Below, piece by piece: positions 13,140-25,050 of a DNA stretch of 64,000 nucleotides. Position 1 is the first letter of the stretch, and every line of letters starts with the position of its first letter. Origin of the DNA: Podarcis liolepis. Its lineage: Eukaryota. Both the position numbers and the translations under genes were made by a program. The notes below the pieces were generated by a model, which worked only from the letters and a program-made list of their open reading frames with translations, searched no databases and was not told where the DNA came from. The stretch lies in assembly GCA_965112155.1 (NCBI GenBank), contig OZ218102.1, one strand, 5' to 3'.

Positions 13140-13538
13140 TCAAGTCTCTGTCTTGCTGGTTCCGCTGCTTTCTCTTCCCTGCTTCAGAGGATGGAAATAG
13201 AGCTGCAAGCCATCCACCGGGTGCACAATAGGCACCGTTTGCATCTTAGGGAAGTGTGCTGTGGCCAGCTCCCAGCGGGCTGTGCTGACCAGTTCAATAG
13301 CAAGCAACTTGAGGACCATCTGGGCCAGTTCTTTGCCTATGCAATTTCGGACTCCCCCACCAAAGGGGATATAGTGAAAGCGGACGGGGCCAGCTCCTTT
13401 GGGCTCTTCCCGTTCCTCCTGTGGCACCCAAAACCGCTCGGGGTCAAACATGTCTGGTGGACTCTGATAGATGCTGGCGGTCTCGTGCGTGTCCCGAATA
13501 CTGTACATCACACTCCAGCCCTTGGGAATCTGGCAGCC
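13140..13538 (-). CDS. CYP26C1: CYP26C1 coding exon 6 ([19 protein letters not shown]...stop)
   Basis: Acceptor cctgcag|GGC; PERF, heme-binding Cys motif, PIVHPVDGL; TGA at 13142-13140. Confidence 0.96.
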   Translation of the reverse strand, partial: GCQIPKGWSVMYSIRDTHETASIYQSPPDMFDPERFWVPQEEREEPKGAGPVRFHYIPFGGGVRNCIGKELAQMVLKLLAIELVSTARWELATAHFPKMQTVPIVHPVDGLQLYFHPLKQGRESSGTSKTET

Positions 13539-16500
13539 CTGCAGGAGGGAGACAGAACAAAATCAGCACCAGAGACAGCAACCTGCAGAGGGCAGCCTGC
13601 AAAGGGAAGGAGAAAGGAAGCGACTTCTATACTGGAGCATCCACAAGGACAGACCCCCATCTTTGAGGAAACCTCACAAATTCAACTCCCCCGTACCATT
13701 ACCCTTGAGCAGAAGCTCAAGCCTATTAAGATGTTAAGAGACCTATAATGGGCGGTGCAGAAATACCATGGTTTCAGTGATGTGTGAATTACAACTTCAG
13801 GGAATGTACACTGAAGTATTCAAAATCCCGTTTAACAGTCGAATAGAAATGGGTATGCAACAAATATTTGACAGAAAACCTGTTAATTTCCCCCCACCAC
13901 ATCGACCTCTATCTTTGATGAAGGGTGTGGGTCTTGCAACACCTTGAGAGCATGCTAATCCTAACAGTGTAAGAGCCAGGCAAGAATAAATCTAGCTGAC
14001 ACAGCACCTAAAGACTACTCTGCAGCAATGCTTACAATATTTGGCACATAATTTAATTCTTATGCAGTGTGACAGCTCCCATTATCGGTGAGGCATAACT
14101 AAAAAGTGATTTCAGGCAGCAGGGCTGGGGAAGACCTTTGCTTGAAGCCCAACTAGATGGGTCAACAGCCTATGTTAATTTTCAAGGGGTGTACAACTTT
14201 CGGATGCACATTATCACACTTTCTCTCCTACCGGGACATATGCAGGCAGCCAAAAGCAACTTAACAAGCATGTTGTGCTATTTATTGCTTTGAGGTTTTG
14301 TGACAATCAAGTCGTATGTACATTTTGCTAAATAAATACATACGGGACGGCACCTTCTATTTGATGCTATAACAACAACAAGATGAGGCTTGATCCAGAG
14401 CCCACACTTTTCTGGGAGTTTATTTAAATATATAAATGAGACTAGTACTCTATGTCCTGCACAAGAGGTCATTGCTTTGGCATGAATGTTTTGGGGGGTT
14501 TTTTGTAAAGGGAGCAATTTCCTCTTTCATGCCTTCAATCAAGTTTACTTGAAATGGTATCTGAGCTGATTAAAAGAGCTGTTTGGTAGTTCTGTGAGCC
14601 ACAGCTTGAGGTGAAATCACCTAGAAAATTAAAACTATGAGGAGTTTGTTGCAGCTATGGAGAGTTAGGTCCCTTTTAACCTAATGTTAAATCAAATACT
14701 TTGTGGGGAACACACTTGCAGCAATCCTTCAGCTTATGAATCTTTAAACATTCTCCAAGCACAGCTTCCATTGCCAACTACTAGTCTCCACAATAGATGC
14801 TCCAATTGCAATACTTGTAATGGCAGCAATCCTGCTAATTGGTCTAATGAACATCCAGGGTGGCCATATTCATTTTGGTAAAAGGTAAAGGACCCCTGAC
14901 AGTTAAGTCCAGTCACAGACGACTCTGGGGTTGCGGCGCTCATCTCACTGTACAGGCCGAGGGAGCCGGCGTTTGTCCGCAGACAGTTTTTCTGGGTCAT
15001 GTGGCCGGCATGACTAAGCCGCTTCTGGCACAACGGAACACCAAAACCAGAGTAGCACAGGGAAACACCGTTTACCTTCCTGCCAGAGTGGTACCTATTT
15101 ATCTGCTTGCACTTTTGGCATGCTTTTGAACTGCTAGGTTGGCAGGAGCTAGGACCAAGCAATGGGAGCTGAACCCCATCATGGGGATTCGAACCGCCGA
15201 CCTTCTGATTGGCAAGCCCAAGAGGCTCAGTGTTTTAGACCACAGCGCCACCCGAAACCTGAACAATTGCACCCTACCAATCCCCAGCTGTCTATCTCTT
15301 GAGGCACCTGTCTCAGTAATCGGTTCTATGGTTTATTCACTGAAACTTAATAGGACCTTCTTCACAACTGCTTTCATTCTCACAAGCCATCCCAGTTACC
15401 TATCCACTACCGGGGTCTCCTGTTCATTGTATCTCTCCCATGCTTCCCTGCCCCCCCCCCCAATTCTAGTTTCTGCACTCTATCAATCATACTTTCCCAG
15501 AGCAAACCCCAGGGGCCATGAGGTTTCTAACTTGTGAACCCCAAGTGCCCCTGTTGTTTCTTGCAACATCTTCTGTCCCCAAGTAGGATAAACACATAGC
15601 ATCACTGGGAAAGGAGGGTGTTCTCCATGGCTCCCAAGGTAGCTGCCATGGCCCCTGTGAAGTGGTCAGACTAACCTTGTGAAACCCAACTCAACCCAGC
15701 CCAAATTCCATGCACTTCCACAAAAGCAACCCACACAGCAAGCCGCACAACTCACATCCAGTTCAAAGGTTTGTAAGGCTGTCCTATAGCCTCCGGACAC
15801 TGGGGGCAGCAAACGCAGCACTTCCTTGATGACGCAATCCAAGTACCGCAGACGGCTCATCTTCTCCAGTGTCAAGTAAGACTGACAATAGTGCTCATGT
15901 CTTTCCAGCTCGCCAAGGACTTGGTTTGCTTCTTCTTGTTTGGCTGCAGAGCAAGGGCAGTTTGTAGTCTCATGGACAGTTCCTTGGGCTGCTCTAGCAA
16001 TGGGACCCAACTTAGGGACTCTGACTTCCCTCTTTGTCTCTCTGTCTAGTTCTCCTTCCAGCCTGGGAGGAAGAGGCAGATTGGAATCCCTGTCTTTGTT
16101 GTCTTTTCCATGGATGACCAGAGTCTCTGGGCAAGACTGATGGTTTCTCAGAGAATCTCCTGCAGCGAGGCAATGGCACTGCCCGGTGAGATCATGGGAC
16201 ACCAGCTCCTGCTGAATCTTTTTTATGACCAAGGGGTGTTTCAGCAACAGGAGGATCATGGAAGTAGTAGCACTGGCAGTGGTGAAGAAAGCAGCAAAGA
16301 TCAATTCAATCGCAGACTCCTGCAAGATAAGCCATTGGGAGAGAGATTAAATACCCTTTTTTTTTTGGCATGACACCCACAAGCCATTTAAAACAGAGTC
16401 CACTTGTGCGTCAAAGTCAGGCAGGCACACACATTGTGATTAGAATTCAAATATAACATTGTTAGAGTTTTCAAGCTGTGGGGAACCAGAAAACTCACAT

Positions 16501-19500
16501 CATTTTTTCATTCCAACCTGGCCTGGAAAACATGAGCATCCATAAGAAATTGTTGAGGTGATAGTTTTGGTGAAAGCCATGGGTATAGCCAGGATTTTTG
16601 TTGAGGTGGGACAGCCAAAGTTGTTGTGTGTTTTTTTAAGAAATAATAAAATAATAAATAATAATAATATTTGAGGATATAGCTGTCCCCCTTAGTTACA
16701 CCCATGATCAGAGCTACAGTAAGGGGCTAAATTACTTATTAAAAAATGGCTCCTCATCCCAACTGCCTTGGGCTACCAATTGCAACAGTGAATCATTCCT
16801 TACAGGCTTGTGCAATCCACACTTGTTACACATCCAAGCAGTAGTACAGCTGGGCCTAGGACCTTGGGGCAGAGGCTTGGGGCTCCACTCAGCAGAAGGA
16901 GGGAGCAGCAGCAATAAAGTGAATTGATGCATGTTACTATCTAAAGATGGTACCATCTAAGGATGCACGTTACCTCCATAAGATTATTAAAGCCAGAAAC
17001 AAGAGCCCCTCTCCATCCATTAAATCCAGAGCCTAACCTGTGACCCTCTGGATACTGTTGTACTACACCTCCCATCATCCATGACTGTAATCCCTGGCCA
17101 CTGGACTCCTGGCTGAGGCTGATGGGAATTTGAGTTCAGGGCCAGACAACCCATGAGGCCAGGTGAGCTGACCACCTCAGGCGACAGGATCCATAGGGGC
17201 AGCAGATCCCCATGTCAATCTTTCTTATATCATTGTTTAAGTCAGCCTTCCTCAAACTCAGCCCTCCAGATGTTTTGAGACTACAATTCCCATCATCCTT
17301 GACCACTGGTCCTGCTAGCTAGGGATCATGGGAGTTGTAGGCCAAAAACATCTGGAGGGCTGAGTTTGAGGGAGCCTGGTTTAAGCAACAAATGTTGAAA
17401 AGTGTTGAAAAGTTTCTCTTTATGCTGAAAAGAAAATATGAAAATTATGTGTGCTCCAATCAATCTCTTTTTGCACTCACAGAAGTGGGGAACTTGTGGC
17501 CCTCCAGATGTTGCTAGGTGACACCTCCTATCACAGGAATTCTCAACCTTTGGCCCTCCAGATGTTTTGGACTACAGTTCCCATCATCCCTGACCACTGG
17601 TCCTGTTAACTAGGGATCATGGGAGTTGTAGGCCAAAACATCTAGAGGGCCACATGTTGGGGATGCCTGTCCTAGCATCTCTGGACACACTGGCTGGGGA
17701 AGATGGGAGTCCAACAACATCTGGAAGCTGCAGGTTCCCCATCTCTGGTTTACAGAATGGACCAATTCACACACAATCCTAGCAAAGCCAATTTGCCAAA
17801 ATAGCCATGCAGATGGGTAATCGTTGACTTCAGTGAAGTCACCACCTATTACAGCGGAGTCAGCATGGCATGGCACATACTTCATTGTCTGGAAAGAGGC
17901 CATTCTAGTTTAGACAGCTGCTTATGTCATATGGAATCCCATCAACCAGCTCATGTGGTTCTGTTTATCGTTTGGATCCTGGAAACACTTACTCTGACCA
18001 TTCCAATCGATTTCAATTGTCAAAACAAGAATGACTTAAAATTAAAATAAAAACAGCACAATCCCCAACTGTATTCTGTCCTTTAAAGACTACTTCTATT
18101 GATGTGGTTCCTGATGGGTGATCAGAGGCCCAGAAAGAAGTCTCACTTCTTTGAAACTGATTTTTTTACCTCTTCCCCTAAAGTGTGTTTGGGACTGTAC
18201 TGAATTGGCCCTATTTTCAAGAAAAAATAGCTTCTGCTCAAGGCTGCTATTTATAATAATTCAGTTCAATATGATACATGGAGAAAGAGATCTGGTGTAG
18301 AGCAATCAAATAAACTCCACTTCAAACCATTTGCTGCAAAAATCTCCACACCCAGCCTTGTAGGGCTGCCATCCCACCTGATTTTCCAGGACATGTCCCG
18401 GATTTTGCCTCCGAAAATTGCGTCCTGGATTATTTTTTGGAAATCAGTCAAATGTCCTGGAAAACTGGCAATGGGGGTTAAATTGTGCCAAAAATGCCGT
18501 CAAAAAAGCTTGGGGTGTCCTGGTTTTTACTTTTTGAAATATGGCAACCCTAAGCCCTGGATTCTATTCAGGATAAGTGCAGGAGGCCATATCAGATCTC
18601 CAGACACCAGATTCAGCACTCAATATATCCTCTTCCTTAGCTGAAATTAGGAAAGTTCTCCTTCTGTCAATCCCACCCAGTGAAACCCATCTGTCCCTGT
18701 GGCAAGTGGGAGAGGACCGCAGTCACCACAATGACTTCTGGGTGCAGTACTGACACTCATCGGCTTGAGGTAACAGGATGCTGTCACAGTGCTAGAGCTA
18801 AGCAACCCATTTCTCCCTCACAAAGAATCCTGGAGGCTGTAATTTGTCGAGGGTGCTGGGAATTGTAGTTTTGTGAAAGGTGAAAAACCACAGTTCCTTT
18901 TTGTGTACTGCCAAGAAACCACTTCGGATGCTTTGTGTGTACTGCCAAGAAACCACTTCGAATTTCCCAAAGGAAAAGCATAATACAACCATAATTAACA
19001 AATGGGCATGATCCTGATCCATGCCTGGTTCAAAGTCAATGTGAGTTAACTGAACACCACAGAAAAGATGCAGAGCAAAGATTATGCCAGACAGAGTGGG
19101 AATAATTATTTCATCATATGTGGTTATTATTTCTATAATATGGTTGGAACTAACTTGGAAAGAGAGTCTTATCAGGTACTTGGAAGTCCTGTGATAATGT
19201 CTTGCTTGTAGACTGTGTGGGATGCACCTACAGAAATGACCTTTGCACATGCTCAGAGGCACTTACACCTTTATTACTTCTTTACATGGTCATTTTGGAA
19301 AGGACCATGTTTGGTTGTGTGAGCTAGGGGACAACTGTGGCCACTCCAGGCGGCTTAAAGGAAGTTACCTTCAGCTCCTGCATGGTAAATTCTTTGCCAT
19401 GCTCCTTGGCACTGTTGATAATGAAATCCAGAGCGTCGCTGTGAGCCTCAGGATCCTTCTGCTTCAGTTTCTCCGAGATGGCTTTCTCCATGTACTCGTG

Positions 19501-22500
19501 TAGCAGATTCCTGGCCTTTATTCCCTGAAGGGTTCAGAGAAAAAACAGCAATGGCTAAGGAGAAAGGCACAGACGCAGACACACACACACACACACACAC
19601 ACACAGGTCTAGCCCCTTTGGAGGCCGAAGAAGTCAGAAGTCGCTTATTGCTTGGAACGTTCAGGCAATCTTTTACCGTACTTCTCCAGGTAGGAGCTCA
19701 TTATAATTAGAAGCGGCGCTTAATATATCCTCTTCCTTCGCTGAAACGGGGAAAGTTCCTGTCAATCCCGCCCAACGAAACCCATAATCAGTGCAGTGAG
19801 AAGGGAAATCCCGAGGACTACAAAGCCTTCAGCCGCTGAGCTGCCAAATTTTGAAAAGGTGAACAATAAGAGGAAGCCGGGAACTCCAGCGGTGGGGGTG
19901 GAGGAATCCGAGATCCTGAAAGTCCACTGGTTGCTAAAGAAAAACCCAAATGAATGGCACCACACCTGGCCCAAACTTGCGCTAGACTTGCGTGTGTTTA
20001 TGTGAACAATCCTAAATTATACCAGGAAGGGAATCGTTTAAAGCCTTAAATCGTAAGGCGTCGCAGCCGGTGCAATGGGAGCACGGATGAGACAGTGTTT
20101 AAATGGATCAGGCATGAACGACTTTCTGGAAGCAAAAAAAGGAGAAAGGGGAAGATATTCGAGGACATCTCAATGCCTTTTCCTCCGCCACCAGACAGCC
20201 ACCGTGACCGTACAAAGGCACTCTGCATTGACGACGCCTTTACACCGCAGGACGCAACTTGTTCCTGCCTTTTGTGCAATGCGAATGCGATCGTCTTAAC
20301 TCCGAAGGAAAGAGTTCAAATGGGATTTGCTTCCAACTCAAAGAATGCTGTTTTGGATTATTGCTTTATTTGTCGGGAGAACCCAATGGATTTCTACGAA
20401 ACTCGCTCGGGTGTGGGGGGTGATGAGAGAGCCTTAGGCGATCCTATGGACCTGGGAAATCAATAAATAAGCCCCAATGAGCAGTGAAACTTGCTGCAGG
20501 TCTACTCAGAAGTAAGTCCTGTTGAATTCAACGGGGTCCTTAGGCTGCAGCCATAAATCTCTGTTTACCTGGGAGTAAGACCCTGTGAATTCAAAGAGAC
20601 CAAGACGCATTGAATTCAAAGGAACCTAGTTTTAGAGGAGAGGTGGTCGGCACTGCGCGACCCGCGTCCACGTGCGCCGCCAAAATCGCTTCACAGCCAA
20701 TAAAGGTCTTGAGCAGAAGCCACAGAAACTGCTCGGTTGCAAGGAACCGGGTGGCTTCGACCAGGCTTTGAATCTGGACCAGTAAAGACCTCAGCCTGCC
20801 TAGTAGCCTGTCGCTCAGGTTAGAACTGGCACCTGTTCTTTATGGGCTCCGCTGGGTTCCGAATCGTTTGGGGGCTAAATGCAAGGTCTGCTCAGGTCCA
20901 GGCAGCGCTCCCCCCTGACCTTTCCGATCTGGGAATGAGAACCAATTTGCGGTTCTGCCGCTTGTCAGGCAGAAAGAGCCTTTTTTGTGGTGGCCCCCTA
21001 AGCGTTGCGATCAGTGTTCCAGCACGATGCGACAGATGCCGGAGTTTGTCCCCTTTAAGCTGGACACCTTGGGCAATTCAGACCTTTCAAACTGAATTTC
21101 GCATCGTTCATTCTATATTAGAGTCAATGTGCAACTGAACATTGCAACGCGGGTGAATATTAAATCCATTAAAAAAACAACCAACAACCTTCCTTTTCAA
21201 AGGCTTTGGAATAGGCAGGTAGTTATTTTGTTTTAATTGGGATTTTGTGCCTTTAAAGGTTGGTTGCTGTCTCATTTGTGCTATAAAACTTAATTGCGTC
21301 CTGCTTGGGGGAAAAGGGGGGGTTAAAATAGCCTACACAAACAAATACGCAAGAGGTGCATCTCTGAGCAGGTGCAGAATACCTTTCCAGCAGAAAATTA
21401 TTCCAGCTGCTTGGTCTGAATAGAGGATGGAGCTCCCGAGAGCTCAAAGCCAGAACCTCACCCCACCTCCGACCCCCAAATAGGCCAGAAAGGGGTCTTT
21501 CACTCACTTTAATACTTGCTATTGAGGAAAGCCGCCTTGGGACACCCATAGTCTTGAAAGGCGGCCTAGAAAGATGTGAACTATAGTAATAAATAAGGTC
21601 TATCCGATGTAAAGGGTAGGGATACAGCCATAAACACACTTTAGACCAGGGGTTCTAGGATTCTGCGCTCATCAACGGCATTAGCGGGACTTCAGAATGG
21701 ATCGGGGTAAGTGATCATGGTCGGAGTTGGTTCTTTGGATGGCGATGAAGATGGGGACACACACACATGCGCACGCAGCCCTACCTTCCGCAGCCCGCTG
21801 AAGGGGATGTTGAGCGGCAAGGAGAAGAGATTCTCCACCAGCTGCTCAAAGGTCCGAGCCAGCTCCTTGAACTGCTTCTCCTCCAGGCTGAGTCCCAGCA
21901 GGATCCGCGCGGCGATGCGGAAGGTCAAGGTCTTGGCGGAAGAATAGACGGCGACGGGGCCCGGCTGCTGGCACCAGCCGCGCAGCTCCCAGCGCACCAC
22001 CTTCTGGATGCGGGGCAGGTAGCTCTCCAGGGCGGCGCGGCTGAAGACTCTGACCAGGATCTGACGCGGCGAAAAGAGAAGGGAGGGAATCGCGGTGGGC
22101 GATGTAAAATTAATTGGGGGAGCGGTCGCTACTAGGGACCAGTGGCGTAGCGTGGGTTGTCAGCACCCGGGGCAAGGCAAGTAATTTGCGCCCCCTAACC
22201 CGTGGATTTGCGCCCCCTAACCCTAACCCCCATCTGTTGCGCCCGGTGCGGCCGGCCCCCCTGCACCCCCCACGCTACGCCACTGCTAGGGACATCGTGC
22301 CCCAAAGCCATAGACCCATTTTTTTTCCCTTCACCAGTCCCCCAATTCTTTCCCCGATTCTGGTCTCTTGAATGGGCCAGTCGGTACAAACACCAGAACC
22401 GCCGAGATTCTTCCCTGGACTTTGCGCGTTTTTGAATGCTGAGCTATGGGGTGGGGAAACTTTCCTAAGCTGGGAGACGTTGCCTGTGTTCGAGAGAGAG

Positions 22501-24100
22501 AGAGAGAATGTAAGAAGGGGGGGGTGCAACCCCGGCCACCAGCAGTAGCCCTAAGTGGTATAGTCCTAGCAGCAACCAAGAGAATTGCGTAAGGCGCGGG
22601 TCCTAAACCTTTGCGTGGAGTGGCTACTGGAATCTGCGACAGCGCCTAGCACAAACTTCGACAGCCAGCTTTTAGCTATAGGGCTCCCCACCCTAGATAT
22701 TGCTGGACCGCATCTCTCATGGTTCCTCACCATTGGCCGTGCTGGTTGAAGCTGAGTGGGGAGTGGGGGCTCAACAACACCTGTATGGGGGAGATGAATG
22801 CCAGCGAGCTACCTTCTCTTTCCCAGAGGGCGCCTAGGTTCGGTTTCAGGCTCGGCGGCCAAGGTTTCCCTCCCCAGCGACGCGCCCCTCAGCCCCCTAC
22901 CTTCCTGCGCTGGCGGTGCGCCTCGGCGCTGGCGTTGAGGAGAGTGTGCGAGCCCAGCAGGATCTGGGTGCTGAGCGGCCACTGGGCGCTGACCAGGCTG
23001 TGCTCTCCCAGCAGGATCTTGCGCACGTTGTCGGCGCCGCTCACGCGGATCACCGGCTTGCCCAGCAGGTGCGTCTTGAACACGGCGCCGTATCTCTGCC
23101 GCCGGGAGCTGTGGAAGCTGGAACCCTGCACAGCCAGTCAGATAAACAGAGGGATGGAGGCCCAGGCCTGGACTCAAGCTTCGCGGACAGTTTGCGAAGA
23201 AAGTCGACGGTGTCTCTGAGGTAGTGAAGAGCGCTTTTCCCACGGGGCGGAGTCATCGCAGCTGCTTCTTTGTGTCAATTTACATATCCTGGTCCCCCAG
23301 AAAGAGCTCCATCGGCCCGAGATCGCCTCCGAGGGGGCTCAGAGTGGGGAATCGGTTTATTATGATTCCTAAACTTCAACCATGGGACATGTGAAGAGTG
23401 TCTCTGAGCCTCACAAAAGTGCTTTCCTCCCTGCATTGAGGAACACCTCTGAAAGTGATACAGCCTTAGGCGCACCTGCTTGGGAATAAATCCCACTGAA
23501 CTGACAGCTGGGCAAATGCGTCGTAAAATCATGCAATTGTAGGGAAGGGACCACAAAGGCCATGTAGTCAGATTCCCTGCAATGTCGGAACCCACGACCA
23601 TGAGCTTAAGAGTCTCATGCTCCACCGACTGAGCTACCCCTGATTTGCCCAGCCCCCGTCCCCTCCAGCTCGAGGGCTTTTGTTTTCCCATCCTGAGAAA
23701 TGGGCGACTAGCGGTAGGACCTTCCCTTGAGCGGGACACCTTCGCTAGAACTCTTTTTCGGCGCCCTGATCATGTGCAGAGTGCCTCTGGGCTGAGCCCC
23801 CGCCCGCGGCCCTGGCTGCGCTAAGCCCAGGAGGCTCGTCCTTTACCTGCCCCGCCCTGCCCCGCCCGCCGTCGCCCCAGTGCTCACCTGGACCAGCCAA
23901 TGCAGCGTCTCGCCGAAGAAGGGCCAACCCATGGAGCCCTTGGGCAGTGGCAGGGCGCTGGCGCGGTCTCGGCTCAGGCTCCAACGCAGCGCCCACAGGT
24001 GCCGCGCCAGCGCCAGCAGGAAGGCCACCGCTAGGCAGGTGGCCAGCGCAGCCTCCAGCCAGGAGAGCGCATCCTCAGAGGTTGCCACCGGCGGCAGCAT
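13140..24100 (-). CDS. CYP26C1: Cytochrome P450 26C1 (retinoic acid hydroxylase), 6 coding exons, ~610 aa (618 aa if ATG at 24124 is used)
   Basis: Six exons joined at GT-AG sites, all phase 0, giving an open frame. Contains N-terminal anchor plus [19 protein letters not shown], the C1-type I-helix [13 protein letters not shown] (ExxR), DPERF and heme motif [10 protein letters not shown]. Lies directly downstream of EXOC6, as in other vertebrates. Confidence 0.96.
14877..15254 (-). mobile_element. Full-length Sauria SINE (lacertid type) in CYP26C1 intron 5
   Basis: tRNA-like head GGGTGGCGCTGTGG...GGTTCGAATCCCC, characteristic body and (ACCTTT)n tail on the minus strand. Confidence 0.88.
15756..16319 (-). 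CDS. CYP26C1: CYP26C1 coding exon 5 ([16 protein letters not shown]...TFELD), 564 nt, with long insertion
   Basis: Acceptor ttgcag|GAG, donor GAT|GTGAG; I-helix and [24 protein letters not shown]. Confidence 0.93.
16578..16706. mobile_element. Degenerate hAT-type MITE
   Basis: Imperfect TIRs CATGGGTATAGC / GTTACACCCATG. Confidence 0.5.
17243..17747. mobile_element. Cluster of palindromic hAT-type MITEs: 17243-17378, and 17534-17669 nested in ~17480-17747
   Basis: Shared core ccctccagatgtt..actaca..tcccatca; near-perfect 8-bp TSDs gtttaagt/gtttaagc and tcctatca/tcctagca. Confidence 0.8.
18361..18552. mobile_element. hAT-type MITE
   Basis: TIRs TAGGGCTGCCAT / ATGGCAACCCTA. Confidence 0.7.
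19369..19524 (-). CDS. CYP26C1: CYP26C1 coding exon 4 ([16 protein letters not shown]...TMQELK), 156 nt
   Basis: Read manually (missing from the ORF track): acceptor cttcag|GGA, donor AAG|GTAAC; [23 protein letters not shown]. Confidence 0.95.
21785..22060 (-). CDS. CYP26C1: CYP26C1 coding exon 3 ([14 protein letters not shown]...PFSGLRK), 276 nt
   Basis: Acceptor cgtcag|ATC, donor AAG|GTAGG; [12 protein letters not shown] motif. Confidence 0.96.
22140..22285. mobile_element. hAT-type MITE in CYP26C1 intron 2
   Basis: 17-bp perfect TIR CAGTGGCGTAGCGTGGG and perfect 8-bp TSD CTAGGGAC. Confidence 0.9.
22901..23125 (-). CDS. CYP26C1: CYP26C1 coding exon 2 (GSSFHSSRR...HRQRRK), 225 nt
   Basis: Acceptor tgtgcag|GGT, donor AAG|GTAGG; [28 protein letters not shown] is CYP26-typical. 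Confidence 0.96.
23525..23640 (-). mobile_element. tRNA-Lys-derived SINE with CR1-like tail in CYP26C1 intron 1
   Basis: Minus strand TAGCTCAGTCGGTGGAGCATGAGACTCTTAAGCTCATGGTCGTGGGTTC followed by a gtggtcccttcc..atgatt tail. Confidence 0.7.
23888..24100 (-). CDS. CYP26C1: CYP26C1 coding exon 1 ([12 protein letters not shown]...GETLHWLVQ)
   Basis: Donor CAG|GTGAGC at 23888/23887. ATG at 24100 has A at -3; in-frame alternative ATG at 24124. Start choice uncertain. Confidence 0.88.
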
Positions 24101-24939
24101 CTTCGTGCTCGGACTGGGCAGCATCGTCCGGCGGAATTCACTGGCCGACTGTGGCTTCAGCTGGGGAGGGAGAGAGAAAGGGAATATTGGAGAGGGGAAA
24201 ACTGCTACCAGATGCCAGGGCATCCTACTCCGGATTAGGATTCCCATAGAGGTGGGCTCTACTCACCATACAGGAAGCAAAGTAGCCAACCCATCCCCAA
24301 AATGCCACTTTTTATTCAAAGATGCTTTTCCTCGTCACCCGTCCATTAAAGTCCCCAAATGAATCTTGCGCAAAGCTTCCGATCCAAAGCGGGTGCGCCC
24401 GCGCAAAACCTGAGATTCAAACCGGGAGGGAGGTGTCAAGGAGACCTCCAAGACACCTCTCCTGGTGCGTCTCCCCCCGTCCCCCACAAAACATAAAAGG
24501 AAACCCAACAGCGCAGCCACTTTGCTCTCACCTCGGAGGGGGTCTCTTCCCGTTTCCACTGCGCGTCTGAAAGAATCGCAACCTACTTTCAAAGGATCGG
24601 GGAAACTACAGCGCACCGTCGTTTCCTTTTGCGGCCAGGGAGCGAGAGGGGGCCATTCTGCTCAGAACCGGCGTGCCTGGGATCGGGATCCCTCGGACCC
24701 ACTTGCAAGCACCACGAGCCCCATCCTCGACGGTCAGCCCCTCGGCATCCAAAGAGGATTTGACCGCCCAGGCTGCTCGCGCGTGGGATGAGGACTCTGA
24801 AGAGGCAGGCTTCTTCTTCATCCCCCTCCGCGCTTCCCCTTCTCTGCGGAGCTGTCAAAAACCGCCTGCGCTCGGACGCTCCTTCTCTCACTCTTTGGGA
24901 GCATCCTTCGCGCACACCCCTTTTAACTATTCTCTGCCT

Positions 24940-25050
24940 TGCACAGATTTATATAGATATTGGCCAGCCACCTTCGCTGGGGGGTGCGCCTGCTGACGTC
25001 TCCGCTGCATATTTAAAACGGGGGGCCGAAAGCGCTGCGATTGGCGCCTG
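24940..25050 (-). promoter_or_regulatory. Candidate CYP26C1 core promoter
   Basis: Minus strand: CCAAT (~25040), CRE-like TGACGTC (~24994), CCAAT (~24960) and TATATAAA (24955-24948), within a CpG island ~850 bp upstream of the ATG. Confidence 0.55.

Noticed and set aside
13191-13748. Long plus-strand ORFs over CYP26C1 exons (also 21767-22135, 22719-23219, 23880-24362)
   Set aside because: Antisense shadows of GC-rich coding exons.
18900-18963. Short direct repeats here and at 12745-12781
   Set aside because: Two-copy slippage duplications; not CRISPR-like and unremarkable in a vertebrate genome.
23585-23640. tRNA-Lys-like sequence (and tRNA-Ile-like at ~55010-55070)
   Set aside because: Acceptor and T stems are incomplete and both run into CR1-type tails; these are SINE heads, not tRNA genes.
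24161-24247. CYP26C1 start at ATG 24247 as given by the ORF track
   Set aside because: The added residues (FPSPIFPFSLPPQ) are the translation of a polypyrimidine tract and acceptor, so probably intronic.
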